Positions 13,722 to 31,298 of a stretch of DNA of 64,000 bases are shown here, one piece after another (the stretch's first letter is position 1; every line of letters starts with the position of its first letter). Source of the DNA: Piromyces finnis finn (taxonomy: Eukaryota; Fungi; Neocallimastigomycota). The notes beneath the pieces are model-generated. The model was given only the letters and a program-made list of their open reading frames with translations. It did no database searches and had not been told where the DNA came from. A program made the translations under genes and the position numbers. The stretch is taken from the NCBI GenBank assembly GCA_002104945.1, contig MCFH01000036.1:503929-567928 (forward strand). Direction: 5' to 3'.

Positions 13722-14382
13722 TAATAACCAAATATAAATTCTATCTTATCCTTATTATCATTATTATTATACATTACTATTCTAAATATAACATATCCTA
13801 AAGTATTATATATCTTATATATATATACTAATAAAATCATAAAGATAAAATTACTTGTTAATTATTAACTCTTATTTCATGTAAATATCATATTTATGAA
13901 TAAACTTAATTTAATAAAATAAATAAAAAAAGTTTTATTATAAAATATATTTTAATTTATTTTCATTTTTCTTTATTTGATTTTGGAATTTTTATTTACT
14001 TTTATAGAGTCAAAATGTATATAGATTTTTTCTTATAATAGTGGAATTAATAGTGGTACCTTTATAGAATCTTGTTAGTTTTATTTTATATTTTTAAGCA
14101 CTATAAACGATACTTTTAATAGAATAATTTATTTATAAATTTATTTATTTGCTTGTTAGTTTATTATTCTTTCAATTTTTATTTTATGTATTATTAATTA
14201 ATATATTTTTGTAATGATTTATATAATTTTTATTTTAATAAAAATAAAAACTAAACTATGAATATATAATTAAGTATTTTACATAGCACTTTTTTTCTTT
14301 GTATATTTATTTATTATTTTTATTTTCACTATGCATATTATGTATACTATGTATTAATATTGTTATTATTAAATTTTTATTT

Positions 14383-17553
<3,171 letters not shown>

Positions 17554-18797
17554 TATTTATAACAATAATCCTTATTAATAATAAAAAATGCTACAATTAT
17601 TAAAGCAAAGAATTAAAGAATTAATAGTTATTAATAAATAATTAATACAATAATGAATTATAATCATTAAATATTTAAATTAGATAATTTTTACACTTAC
17701 AATTATACAGTTTTATTTATTTTAATTATTAAATAATTATTCTTTTCTTTATATTTAATAATAAAAATAAATGTAATTAATTTTATTTTATTTTATTTTA
17801 TTTTATTTTTTATAATTACAGTTTTAAATTCGAAATAAAATGTTTGCATATATATATCTCAATATGGAAAAAACCTTTTTCAGGGACATTTTCCTTGTGT
17901 AACCTTTATCATTTTGAAATGATATTAATTAAAGTTTTATTATTAAAATTTTGTACTATTTAACGTTAAAAATGGTAGAGTTGCTTATCATAATTATATT
18001 TATTAATCTTGTTAAAAATGAAAGCTTAATAATTATTAATCTATTAACTGTTATTTTAAGAAAAGATTGATCATACCTTAATAATAATACTTGAATATCA
18101 TCTTTTATTTGGTTGATTGAATAACTATTAGAAGACAATTTTTATAAAATCACTCTTTTAAATATTAAAACAAAAAAGAAGAAGACTATTTTCATTACTT
18201 TCATATAATTTTATAATTATATATATATAATTATAAAATATTCTTTTCTTTTGTCTTTTTAAAATGTTAAAAAAGTTTGATAAAATTTGATCAGTATTTG
18301 TTAATCTAAAGCCAATAAATATTTTACAATAATTTTAATAATAATTAAAATTTTTAATACATTAAATAATAAGATTTAAGTTACAGATAAATATTTTATT
18401 ATAATTATTAACTTTATTTTTTATAATCGTTTACATGAAATTGAAATTAGTTTAATAACAAATATATATAAGAATTAATTAATTTACATATAATATTATA
18501 ATATCATTTAATATTATTTATTATTTATAATATTATATATAGTTCATTTTATAATAGTAGGAGGTGAATGAAGTATTAAAGTAAAATATGTTTTATTAAA
18601 TAAAATATAAGATATGTAATATATTTAATATTTTAAGATATGTTATATTTAGATAGTTATATATATTAATAATAATGATAATAAGGATAAGATAGAATTT
18701 ATATTTGGTTATTATTCATTTTTTTTTTTTTTTTTTTTTTTTTTGTTGTTGTTGGTTTCATTTATTTTTTTAATTATTTTATTTTATTTTATTGTAG

Positions 18798-19442
18798 TTA
18801 TTGTACTAGAATTGTACGACGTTGAGTTTTTGGTATTGAAATTTTAGGAATAATAACTTCTAATACTCCATTTTCCATTTTAGCTTCAATCTTTTCAATA
18901 TCTCCTGTTTCAGGAATACTAAAGGATCTTGAAAATTTACCATATTCACATTCCATTTTTGAATATTTCATTCCTTCAACATTATTTTTCTTTGCTCTTT
19001 CTCCTGAAATACTAATAATATTATCTTCTGATAATTCCATATGAATTTGTTCTTTACTCATTCCTGGTAAATCAATTTGAATATAGTAATTCTTTTCATC
19101 TTCGCATAAATTATTCTTTGGACGGAAATCAACTAATTTATAAACATCTTTATCAAATGGATGATAGGATGATTGTCCTTTAACACTAGATTTTGTATTT
19201 GATTTACCGGCGGTAGTTTTTGTATTTGGTTTAGCAGTGGTGGCGGCATTAGAATGAAGATGAGTAGGATAAGCATAAGGAGGATAACCAAAGAAGAAAC
19301 CAGGGAAAGCAGCGGAAGTGAAAGAATGAGAATAATCTTCACCGTCATCAGATAAATCACACTTGTTATCATCCAAGATAGAATTATTTAAGATAGAACG
19401 GTCACTTTCACGAATTGGATCATTTAAAAAGAATAAAGACAT
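18798..19442 (-). CDS. hsp20: Small heat-shock protein, copy C
   Basis: 214 aa, same motifs as copy A. Confidence 0.95.
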   Translation of the reverse strand: MSLFFLNDPIRESDRSILNNSILDDNKCDLSDDGEDYSHSFTSAAFPGFFFGYPPYAYPTHLHSNAATTAKPNTKTTAGKSNTKSSVKGQSSYHPFDKDVYKLVDFRPKNNLCEDEKNYYIQIDLPGMSKEQIHMELSEDNIISISGERAKKNNVEGMKYSKMECEYGKFSRSFSIPETGDIEKIEAKMENGVLEVIIPKISIPKTQRRTILVQ

Positions 19443-19946
19443 TTTTGATATTTTGATATTTCTTTTTTTTAAATATATATTTTAATTATATGATGATTGT
19501 TATTTTATAATTGTTATTTTATAATTGTTATTTTATAATTGTTATTTTATAATTGATTTTAATTTTATATATTAATTTTAAATTATTGATAATATATAAT
19601 ATATAGTTTTATAGTTATATAAGTTATATAGTTATATAGTTGTATAGTTGTGTAGTTGAATAGTTGAATAGTTGTATAGTTATAACACTTTTATATTAAA
19701 TATTTATTTTATTTATATTTAATAATATTTTATTTATTAATATTTTTAATATTATTTATTTAATAATTAAATAATGAATATAATGATTATTTAAAAAAAA
19801 AAAAAAAAGAATGTTTGAGGTATTTATATTTTTTCATATAAAATAAAAAGTCTCTTTTTTTTCTTTCTTTCTTTCTTTCGTTAAATTATTTTATTATTAT
19901 TTTATTAATGATTTATAAAAACAGAAAAAAAATTAAAATTATTCTC

Positions 19947-19976
19947 TTTCTATAAAATTACAGAATTTTGTAGAAA
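19947..19976. promoter_or_regulatory. Degenerate HSE array upstream of Hsp20-C
   Basis: tTTCt aTAAa aTTAc aGAAt tTTGt aGAAa. Confidence 0.6.
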
Positions 19977-21363
19977 TTTTTAAATGTCGATTTTTCTATA
20001 GAAGAAATTTTTTTAAAAAATTTTTTTTATTAATTTTTCCACCAATTTGTAGAATTTTTTTTTTTAAAAAGAATTTTTAAATTTTTACCAAGAAAGACAA
20101 TAAAAATCATTGAAATCATGCCAGACCATCTTTAAAAACCGATAATTTAGCAGAATATTTACTAATATTTTATATGCTGATGCTTTATATGCTGATCCTT
20201 TATAATAATGATATCTTACAATATCTTACAGCATTTTATAATAAATGTATACTTTTTTGAATAATCTTAATACGAATATTACATTATTTTAAAATATTAA
20301 ATAATTTCATTTATAATAATGATGAATAATGCTTTTAATTGATTTATGAATCATTATTTTTTATTTATTTTCTTTTTCATTAATTGTTTTAGATATATAT
20401 ACTTATATACTTATATATTTATATATTTCTTAATTAAAATGGTTTGAATGTTAAAAAATTATCAAAAATAAATATATTTTAATATGGTAATAAACCATTA
20501 CTTACATATAACTTTTCTCCATAAATGTTTTTTATAAATACATTTCATTAAACTCTATCATATATTTTGACATTAACAACATAATAATAATAATAATAAT
20601 AATAATAATGTTTTTATAAAAGTATATAAGATGTTTATATTTAAAATTTTCTCTTTCAAAAGTGTCAAAAGTGACATTAATGAAAAATTAAATAAGCATT
20701 TACTATTGGTTTTTAAAGTATCTTAATTCTTCTATTTATTAAGAAAGACAATTAATACTATACAACAATAAATATATAACAATAAATATATAATAAAGAA
20801 ATAAATAAAAGATGAATTTAATATTTATTTCAAATATTTATGATACTTAAAATTTTTAATAACATTTTCAATTTTAAAAACACATTATATAATAACATAC
20901 TAGATACACATTAAATACACTTTAAATACAAAACACACTTTATAATTTACCTAAATTTTAATCTTTTTTCTTTTTTTATTATAATTATTAACTTTATTTT
21001 TTATAATTATTTACATGAAATTGAAATCAGTTTAATAACAAATATATATAAGAATTAATTAATTTACATAATAATATCATTTAATATTATTTATTATTTA
21101 TAATATTATATATAGTTCATTTTATAATAGTAGGAGGTGAATGAAGTATTAAAGTAAAATATGTTTTATTAAATAAAATATAAGATATGTAATATATTTA
21201 ATATTTTAAGATATGTTATATTTAGATAGTTATATATATTAATAATAATGATAATAAGGATAAGATAGAATTTATATTTGGTTATTATTCATTTTTTTTT
21301 TTTTTTTTTTGTTGTTGTTGGTTTCATTTATTTTTTTAATTATTTTATTTTATTTTATTGTAG

Positions 21364-22008
21364 TTATTGTACTAAAATTGTACGACGTTGAGTTTTTGGT
21401 ATTGAAATTTTAGGAATAATAACTTCTAATACTCCATTTTCCATTTTAGCTTCAATCTTTTCAATATCTCCTGTTTCAGGAATACTAAAGGATCTCGAAA
21501 ATTTACCATATTCACATTCCATTTTTGAATATTTCATTCCTTCAACATTATTTTTCTTTGCTCTTTCTCCTGAAATACTAATAATATTATCTTCTGTTAG
21601 TTCCATATGAATTTGTTCTTTACTCATCCCTGGTAAATCAATTTGAATATAATAATTCTTTTCATCTTCACATAAATTATTCTTTGGACGGAAATCAACT
21701 AATTTATAAACATCTTTATCAAATGGATGATAGGATGATTGTCCTTTAACACTAGATTTTGTATTTGATTTACCGGCGGTAGTTTTTGTATTTGGTTTAG
21801 CAGTGGTGGCGGCATTAGAATGAAGATGAGTAGGATAAGCATAAGGAGGATAACCAAAGAAGAAACCAGGGAAAGCAGCGGAAGTGAAAGAATGAGAATA
21901 ATCTTCACCGTCATCAGATAAATCACACTTGTTATCATCCAAGATAGAATTATTTAAGATAGAACGGTCACTTTCACGAATTGGATCATTTAAAAAGAAT
22001 AAAGACAT
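21364..22008 (-). CDS. hsp20: Small heat-shock protein, copy D
   Basis: 214 aa; tandem with copy C at a 2566-bp offset. Confidence 0.95.
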   Translation of the reverse strand: MSLFFLNDPIRESDRSILNNSILDDNKCDLSDDGEDYSHSFTSAAFPGFFFGYPPYAYPTHLHSNAATTAKPNTKTTAGKSNTKSSVKGQSSYHPFDKDVYKLVDFRPKNNLCEDEKNYYIQIDLPGMSKEQIHMELTEDNIISISGERAKKNNVEGMKYSKMECEYGKFSRSFSIPETGDIEKIEAKMENGVLEVIIPKISIPKTQRRTILVQ

Positions 22009-22343
22009 TTTTGATATTTTGATATTTTGATATTTCTTTTATATATATATTTTAATTATATGGTTGTTGTAAGAATAACTGGCTTTAATTAATATAAATA
22101 CTATATAGATAACACAATATATATATATTATTTTTATACTTTTTAAAAATTGTTTGAATATTTATATTATTTATAAATATTTTTAAAATAAAATTAATGA
22201 ATTAAAAAAAATGCAAGTTTTTCAAAGGTATTTATAGAAAAACCTCCATTATTGAAAAAAAAAAAAAAAAAGAAAGAGTCTTTCAATGTAACCTCTTTTT
22301 TATAGATTAAATTTGATGACTCTTAATTATTAAACCAAAGAAA

Positions 22344-22392
22344 ATTCTTGAAATTCTATAATTTTCTACAATTTTATGGAATATTGTAGAAT
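22344..22392. promoter_or_regulatory. Long HSE array in the divergent D/E intergenic region
   Basis: aTTCt tGAAa, then eight in-phase pentamers at 22353-22392: aTTCt aTAAt tTTCt aCAAt tTTAt gGAAt aTTGt aGAAt (4 perfect). Confidence 0.7.
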
Positions 22393-22733
22393 AATGTATA
22401 CATTAATTATATTTCTTTTATATATTAAAAAATTCTGTAACATTATTTCCACATTATTCGACCAAGAAATTTTTTAAAATTTTAATTAACCAAAACTTTA
22501 TTAATTAATATTTTTAATAAGATAGTTATTTTAATTTTTTTTATTTAAATAGACCAAAAAAGTTCATCAAAATTTTATTTTTAATCATTGTAATTTTTTA
22601 AATAAGTATTTCAAAGTTAAAAATTCAAATACTTTTTTTCTTTTAAAAGAATATAAAAAAAGAAAAATATAAGAATAAAAAGTTAAAAAAAAAATATTTA
22701 AAAATAATCTTATTATATAAAATAATATCAAAA

Positions 22734-23297
22734 ATGTTAAACATTAATAATTATCCATTTTATGATATTGACCGTTCTATTCAAAATAACTCGGCTCTAG
22801 AAGATAATAATAATTATGAAGAAGATTTAAATAACTTATATAATCATCCTTTCTTCTATCCTAATACTCATTCACGTTACAATAACAAAAAATATAACAA
22901 AAAGAATAGAAATAATATTAATAACGGTCAAGCCTCAAATGATAAAGATGTATATAAATTAGTTGATTTTAGTCCAAATGTAAACCTTGGAGAAGATACA
23001 AACAATTACTATATTGAGTTTGACTTACCAGGAATGACTAAAAATCAAATTAATATCGAGTTGGATGATAATGAAAAAGCTATTATTATTTCAGGAGTAA
23101 GACCAAAAATGAATACTAATGGAATGAAAATAACAACTATGGATTGTCAATATGGAAGATTCTCAAGAACGTTTAGTCTTCCAGAAATAGCTGATTTTAA
23201 TAAAATTGAAGCTAAAATGGAAAATGGTGTATTACAAATTGTTATTCCTAAAAATGAAACATTGAGGAGTCAAAGTCGTACAATTGAAATACAATAA
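22734..23297 (+). CDS. hsp20: Diverged small heat-shock protein paralog, copy E
   Basis: 187 aa; YYIEFDLPGM, YGRFSRTFSLP, IEAKMENGVLQIVIPK, terminal IEIQ; shares DKDVYKLVDF with the other copies. Confidence 0.93.
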   Translation: MLNINNYPFYDIDRSIQNNSALEDNNNYEEDLNNLYNHPFFYPNTHSRYNNKKYNKKNRNNINNGQASNDKDVYKLVDFSPNVNLGEDTNNYYIEFDLPGMTKNQINIELDDNEKAIIISGVRPKMNTNGMKITTMDCQYGRFSRTFSLPEIADFNKIEAKMENGVLQIVIPKNETLRSQSRTIEIQ

Positions 23298-25053
23298 AAT
23301 AAATAAATATATATATATATATTTTGTAAAAAAAATATTAAATACCATTATATTATTGATGTATAAAGATATCATAATATAATAGCATTTACTATCTTTA
23401 ATTAATATTAATGTTTTTTAATATTATTATTTACTATATACCAATTCTAATATACCATAAAAACTTTCTATATTTATTTTTTTATTCTTTAAATTTTATA
23501 TATCCATGTAAATAAAAAATTATCTGTTTTTTTTAAAAAATAATAATAATAATAAAAAGTAAATAAATTTCTCACTTTTTATATATTAATAGATTTAACT
23601 TGAAAAAAAAAAGTAATAAATAAAAAAGCAACTTAAAATGTTTATAATATTCAAAATCACCTATTTGTTTTTAAAATTTTAAAAGATTTAGTGTAATAGT
23701 CAAAAAAATTTTGAAAATTCCATTTGGATAAATAAAAAAAATAGTTTATATATAAAGCTTTCAAACATATACACAACAATGTTCATTCAAAATGGTAAAA
23801 AATATTAAATTTTACAAATGTATTTTTCTTATATATTTTTTAATATTGATATAAACACATTTAATAAACCATTAACACACTCTATAATTATATATTTTAC
23901 AATTTTTTTGGATTTTTTATTATTTTTTTTTTTTTTTGATATTTTATATTAAATAAATAATAATTAATAATAATTACTATTATTAAAATTCTATAAATGT
24001 TTGACGTTCGATTATGAATAAAATTAAAATATGAAATGATTGTTATATTAAAAAATTAAATAATGAATTATATTAAAAATGAGATTCAATATATGTTTTT
24101 AGTCAAAAATAATATTAAAATTAATTTTAAACTAAAGGCGCGAATTAATTATTCTTATATATGTTATATATTTTATAATATGAAAAGATATTATAAAAAT
24201 AAATACAAATTATGATTTTAAAATTACTTTAAATTTTTTTATAAAAAAATAGTTTTGCTTTAATATTTTGTTTAATTTAAGTTTTATGTTTTATAATTTA
24301 ATGTTTAGTTATTTTTAAAAAATAATTTTTACTATTTATTTTTAAAACAATTTATTATGCTCGACTAATTTCATAAATGGAATATCACATTAGTAGATGA
24401 TGATTATTTACTGATATATGATTATTAGTGTAGTTAATAAATTTCCTTAGCAATATGTAGTTGTTATGTTTATTGCCTTTCATATATTTGAAGATTCTTA
24501 AAATCTTCCTTTATGATAAATCAGATATGTTTGTTAAATACTATTTGTATTTGCAATTTATTTATCAATGTTGTTCCGTAATGCTCAAATAGCAGGATAG
24601 AAATTATCTTTCATAATTTAATAATATTAAATTGAGATATATTTCTTATTTTATTTTATATTTAGTTTAAAACTTCTATTTATATAAAATAATTTCAATG
24701 ATTGAGGTTTTTTTTTATCCTGTAAAGAATATAGTTTAAGTACTCTCTGAAAAAATTTAAAATTTTGAATTATTTTTTTTATAATATACATTAAAATCAT
24801 ATTTTGAGGAATATAAAAAGTGTAATTACTTTGACCTTAAAAGTTTATAATTCCATTCTAGTTTATACTTAAATCTAAAAATGTAATTTTCTTTTGAAAA
24901 GAGAATTAAATAATTATAAATATCATTTTCACTTATATTAAATCACGGAGTTTGTTTATACTTCTTCATTATATAAAATGAATTATAAAAACATTATCAT
25001 AGACTAAATCTTATTCACAATGTTATATTCTGTTAATTAATAGAGATTTTTTT

Positions 25054-26964
25054 TCAGTTCTTAGCTTGTCTTAATCTAGCTTCTAAGGCATCTAATTCAG
25101 ATGAAAGTTTAGCAGGTAAACGATCACCAAATTGTGAATGATATTCACGAACCTTTTCAACTTCGCCTAAGTAAGCATCAATATCTACAGTTAAAATTTT
25201 TTGTAAATCTTCTTTTGGAATATCTAATCCAGTTAAGTCAAGAGATTCTACTGTTGGTAAATAACCAATAGGAGTTTCTACAGCAGAATTTTCTTTACCT
25301 TCAATTCGATCAATAATCCATTTTAATACACGAGAATTTTCACCATAACCAGGCCATAAGAATCTTCCATTATCCTTACGGAACCAGTTTACATTGAAAA
25401 TCTTTGGTAATGTATTTGGATCCTTGACCTTATCTACAAAGGATAACCAATATCCAAAGTAATCACCCATATTATAACCACAGAATGGTAACATTGCAAA
25501 TGGATCAAATCTAAGAGTACCTTGTTTACCTTCAGCAGCAGCTGTACGTTCAGAAGCTACTGAAGAACCCAAGAGTACACCGTGACACCAATCGCGAGAT
25601 TGTAAAACTAATGGAACAGTACTTTCTCTTCTTCCTCCAAATATAAATGCGGAAACTGGAACAGCTTTACATCCATTTCCATAATATTCCTTATCAGCAA
25701 CAGGACAATTTTCTGCACAAGCAGTAAATCTAGAGTTAGGATGAGCTAATGGTAAAGCATCAGTTTGATTAGTCTTAGAATCAAATTCCTTTCCTAACCA
25801 ATTGATAATTTTACCACTTGGATATTCCTTGCTCATTCCTTCCCACCAAATATCACCATCTTCAGTTAATGCAACATTTGTAAAGATAGTATCCTTAGAA
25901 CAAGACAACATAGCATTAGGATTTGATTTCATTGATGTTCCTGGAGCAACTCCAAAGAAACCAGCTTCAGGATTAATAGCATACAAACGACCATCTTCTT
26001 TATTAAGTTTTAACCAAGCAATATCATCACCTACACATTCTACCTTCCAACCAGGTAATGTTGGATTTAACATAGCTAAATTAGTCTTACCACAAGCACT
26101 AGGGAAGGCAGCACAAACATAATACTTTTTATTTTCTGGACTTGTTAAGCCTAAAATTAACATATGTTCAGCTAAAGCATCACCTTCTTCATTACACATT
26201 TTAGTAGCAATACGTAAAGCAAAACATTTTTTACCAAGTAATGCATTACCACCATAACCAGAACCAAATGACCAAATTTGATGAGTTTCTGGGAATTGAA
26301 CAATATATTTAGTTTCATTACATGGCCAAGAAAGATCTTTTTCACCCTTCTCTAATGGATGACCAACACTGTGAACACATGGAATAAATTCTTGATCATC
26401 CTTTAATGATTCTAATACAGTCTTACCCATCTTAGTCATGATACGCATATTAACTACGACATAACCAGAATCAGTTAATTCAATACCAATACGAGAAAGA
26501 TCACCACCTACTGGACCCATAGAAAATGGAATAACATAAAGAGTTCTACCCTTCATACATCCATTGAATTTTTCATTAAGAATTGCTTTCATCTTACTTG
26601 GTTCCATCCAATTATTGGTTGGACCAGCATCCTTTTCATTTTCAGAACAAATATAGGTACATTTTTCAACTCTAGCAACATCTGATGGATCAGATCTAGC
26701 TAAGTAACAGTTTGGTCTCTTTTTATCATTCAATTTAGTAAAGACACCTGACTTTACTAAGCTATCAAGAATTTCTTGATTTTCTTCAAGAGAACCATCA
26801 CAAATCCATACATTTTCTGGCTTTAAAAGTTCAACTTTTTCGGCAACCCAGTTCTTAAGCTTATCATTCTTTTCAATTAAATGGTAGTTACGGTAGCTTA
26901 AGTTTCCAATGGTAGTGAAAGTAGCAGAGGTAGAGTTAACAGAGGTAGCAGTAGCAGAACACAT
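25054..26964 (-). CDS. pckG: GTP-dependent phosphoenolpyruvate carboxykinase
   Basis: 636 aa, intronless; [83 protein letters not shown]. Confidence 0.97.
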   Translation of the reverse strand: MCSATATSVNSTSATFTTIGNLSYRNYHLIEKNDKLKNWVAEKVELLKPENVWICDGSLEENQEILDSLVKSGVFTKLNDKKRPNCYLARSDPSDVARVEKCTYICSENEKDAGPTNNWMEPSKMKAILNEKFNGCMKGRTLYVIPFSMGPVGGDLSRIGIELTDSGYVVVNMRIMTKMGKTVLESLKDDQEFIPCVHSVGHPLEKGEKDLSWPCNETKYIVQFPETHQIWSFGSGYGGNALLGKKCFALRIATKMCNEEGDALAEHMLILGLTSPENKKYYVCAAFPSACGKTNLAMLNPTLPGWKVECVGDDIAWLKLNKEDGRLYAINPEAGFFGVAPGTSMKSNPNAMLSCSKDTIFTNVALTEDGDIWWEGMSKEYPSGKIINWLGKEFDSKTNQTDALPLAHPNSRFTACAENCPVADKEYYGNGCKAVPVSAFIFGGRRESTVPLVLQSRDWCHGVLLGSSVASERTAAAEGKQGTLRFDPFAMLPFCGYNMGDYFGYWLSFVDKVKDPNTLPKIFNVNWFRKDNGRFLWPGYGENSRVLKWIIDRIEGKENSAVETPIGYLPTVESLDLTGLDIPKEDLQKILTVDIDAYLGEVEKVREYHSQFGDRLPAKLSSELDALEARLRQAKN

Positions 26965-29900
26965 TTTTGATTTGATTGAAAATTAAATTTAAAAAATAAG
27001 TTGTTTTAAAGTTTAATATAAAAGATTGTACAGTTGTAAATGTAAATAGTAAAAGTAAATATTAAAACAAAGAGTTTTAAATATTAATAATTTAAAAAAG
27101 TTTTTTAATTGTAGTATAAAACTAATCACGAAAAACGAATTGGGATTAAAAGAATATCTTTCTTTTAATTTAGAGCTTTTTTTGTTTGAATTTTATTGTT
27201 TAAAAATAAAATGTAAATTGGCAAAGAATAAAAGTAAAGCGAAATTTTACTTCTATTTATATTTTTTTCACTACAATCTCAATATATTATTATTACTATT
27301 ATTACTATTATTATTATTATTTATTTATTATTTTTAAGCAAGTATGAATTAAATAATTAATTCATATATATTTAAATTATATTGGAATTTTGGTATATAT
27401 TAATATTAATATTCTATTTTATATTTAATCACTACTCTAAAAACTTAAAATAAAAAGGAATATTTATTAATATTTTGTATTAAATAAAATTAATTCATAT
27501 ATTTAATTAAAATATTATATATATTAATATACTATATATATATTAATAATATATATTAATAATATAGAAAATTGTAATTTCTTTGTTTATACTTTAAGAG
27601 TCAAAATATAAATTAATATATATAAAAATATATATAAGATCATATTTTATATATAAATAATAAAGAAACTGTGCATTTATATTATTTAATATATAATTAT
27701 TATAGTCAAATTACATTCCATACATATATCAGTTATATACGTATAATATATTTATTGTATATTATAAAAAGTTAACTTTATTTGAAGCACAGTAAAATCT
27801 TAATAGCGAAAAATATAAAATGGCATTATTTATAGTAGCATAGTTGAATTTACTATATAATATTTTAATATGTTCTTAATATTTTTAATATAAAAGTGCT
27901 TTAAATAACAATAATAATAACTATAAATGATATGTAGGATCAAAGAATTACATGTAATAATTTGATTGCTTACTGCAAAAATAGGTTATTTCTTTTTTGT
28001 TATTAACTAACATTTAATTTTAAATGCTAAAAAAAAATAAATAAAATTATTTTAATATGAAATAAAAAAAAAAACTATATAATATATAATATAATATTTA
28101 TTAATAAACTTTTTATTATTGTTTTAAAAAGATTGTTTATTCATTATGTTTTTTTTCGATGTTTAGAACTTTATTCTAATAAAAACTGTAAATCCTAGTA
28201 AAATGAAGAGCATTATTTGTTTATATTATTTTACAAATATAATTAATAAAAATATTTAAATTGAAAGTATATGAAAAAGAGTATATAAAATAAATATAAT
28301 AAATATGAAAATTTATGATAATTTTAATTTTAATATTTTAATAGAATAAATTTTTTTTCCATCTTTAATAAATGCAATATACTAATTCATTTTGATAATA
28401 GAATACATTTATAATATATGATATTATGATATTAATACTATATTTTAATTGTTAATATAATCATCAAAGATAATTTAAATGAGTATTTTTTTGCATTAAC
28501 AGTTGAAAATAAAATAAAAATTAATCATGAGTTCTAAAAAAAAATTCTATTTTAATATAACTTCATTAAACTATAAAAGTTAAAAATTCAATCACTATAA
28601 TCAATAATATACTTTAATGTTAATATAATAGGATTAAATTATAATTATTATATTTTCAAATATGAAAGTACATAATTTATTAATCAATATATTATAATAA
28701 CATTCATACTATATTTCATTTCGTATTTATTTTAATAATTTTTATATATTACTTTGTTTATTTATTATTATTATAAACTGTGTAAACATTGTAATACATC
28801 CTTTAAAAATAAATTAATTTTCTTTTAATAATATATATTTGTAAATTTATATTAATTATTAATCCTTTTCCAATAATTTATTAAATTTCTTTTAAAAGAT
28901 ATATTATATAAAACTTTAGTTTAAAAATTCATTATTTTAGTCACTTTTTCTTTTACACACTGTAATACTTGTAATATTGTTTATAAAGGTATTATACGTT
29001 TCACAAAAAAAGTAATCGAAAATATTTAAATTAAAAGCATTATAATTAAATTTGCAAAGCACGAACAGTGCTAGATCAATAATTCAGCCAATCAAAAATT
29101 AAAATCTTTAATAATAGAATATTAATAATATTATACTATTATTATTTACTATTAAAATTTAATAAATTTTAAAATTTATATAAAATATATAAAATATTAC
29201 AATCAAAAAAGGAAATTTTTTATTATAACTTAATTAGCACTAAGCACAATAATAATGACTTTAATAAAACTAACATTATATATTATTACTTAAATAGCAA
29301 TTAAATATTAAATACATTATTACTTAAATAATGTAAATAATATTTTTATTGTGTATATTTATTTTTAACACATTAAAATTAGTTATAGCATAAATGTAAT
29401 TGTTTTTACCTCTTCATACCTTTTATATACTAAAATATATAATGAAATAATTTTATAAAAACATTAAATATAGTATATCGTTTTTATATAAAATAAAAGT
29501 AGTAATGAATCTGAAAGAAAAAAAAAAGAAAAATAAAAGATTTTATTATATATTTTCATTAAATTATTTATATACACATGTTTAAGTATAAATATATAAT
29601 ATTTTGATAAATAATAAATTATAATATTATATAAAAGTGTTCTTATTGATGTTATTACATTTTAAACCTATAATTCTATAATCATATAAAATATATTTTT
29701 TAGGTTTTATTAAATATAAAAATCAAATAATTTAAAAATATACTCTATAATATTATTTATGGAAATTATAATATATTTATATATATATATAAAAGAAAGA
29801 AAACTATGAGAAATTATTATAAAGTCGATATATAAAATCACTTAATCTTTATTTTATTTTATTATATTTATATAAAACCCATTCACATGGATAAAAAAAT

Positions 29901-30799
29901 GAATATTATATAATATTTTTTTATTATCAATATTATATTTGATAAAATGACTTTAAAATAAATATAAATTAATGAAATATCTTTTGATTTATGGATTAGA
30001 TTAAAAAATAAATAGAAAATGTGAAAATAAAATGCATTCCAAAAATAATATTTATGTTTACTTTATGTATTTGTATTTTATAAAATTATAAATTAATATT
30101 GTACCACATTTCTTTATTCTTTGGTTATTTTAAAAGGATTTAAAAAATTTACAATATTTATATTATAAAAAATAAATATAAATAAAACCCATTATAAATA
30201 AATTTAAAGTGTAAATTTATTTCTTACAGAAAAAATCATTATTTCTAACCCTAAGTGTAATTATCTAAAATATTGTAATAAAAATATATACTTATTTTAC
30301 TAGATAATTATTAAAATATTATACTATAAATCATATATATTTATTTTTATTGTTACTATTGATAAAACTAAATTATCATAATATTTTATACTTTTATAAT
30401 TAGAAATTTAAACTAAATAATTTCAATATTTATTATGAATATCGTTAAATATGAGATTTTCAAGTTGGTCAGTGTTGAAAACTTTTATTAATACCTACTT
30501 TAATAAAATTAATAAAATAAAACAAAAAATATTTTTTTATATATTTGTTGAAATTACTACAGAAGTTTTTTTATACATATATATATATATATATAATTTT
30601 ATAAAGTTTATATCATTTTATTTTATTTTTATTTTTTAGTATTTGATATAGCTATTCTTTCTTCTTAAATTATTAAGTATTTGTAATATCAATAACAACC
30701 ATAAATTTATTCATTATGTTTTTTAATCTAACAATCAAATTGATGAATTACTAATTAAATGTAAAAAAACTTTTTTTTTTTATTTTTATTTTTATTTTT

Positions 30800-31035
30800 G
30801 TTTTATTTTATTTTATTTTATTTTATTTTATTTTATTTTATTTTATTTTATTTTATTTTATTTTATTTTATTTTATTTTATTTTATTTTATTTTATTTTA
30901 TTTTATTTTATTTTATTTTATTTTATTTTATTTTATTTTATTTTATTTTATTTTATTTTATTTTATTTTATTTTATTTTATTTTATTTTATTTTATTTTA
31001 TTTTATTTTATTTTATTTTATTTTATTTTATTTTT
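30800..31035. repeat. (TTTTA)n microsatellite, ~240 bp
   Basis: Read directly; forms the outer end of the left inverted-repeat arm. Confidence 0.92.
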
Positions 31036-31298
31036 TATTTTATTATTGAGCTTATTTAATTTATATATATTTATATATTTTTTATAGAAATATATATAAA
31101 AATTTTTTAATTTTATTTTATTTTTTCTTTCAAGTAATAAATAAAACGATAGAATATTACATTTATATTTACAAAATTTATAAAATTTTAATATTTATAT
31201 AATTATTTAATTATTTAATATTTAAAAGTAAGATTTTAAAAAATATATACAATTCAAAACTCAATAAAATAATTATAGTTTATTATCCACATATTAAT

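Noticed and set aside
17860-18138. Short minus-strand ORF with a possible GTATGA donor
   Set aside because: Could not build a convincing spliced product.
24340-24620. Slightly GC-richer patch that might be a decayed coding or TE fragment
   Set aside because: All frames I read are broken, with no recognisable motif.
29052-29097. GCAC-GAACA-GTGC mini-hairpin and AGCCAATCA CCAAT box
   Set aside because: About 2 kb from the nearest start codon on either side; too short to assign.
30245-30254. CTAACCCTAA, a telomerase-template-like 10-mer
   Set aside because: An isolated motif with no recognisable pseudoknot or other telomerase RNA element; equally consistent with a telobox or chance.
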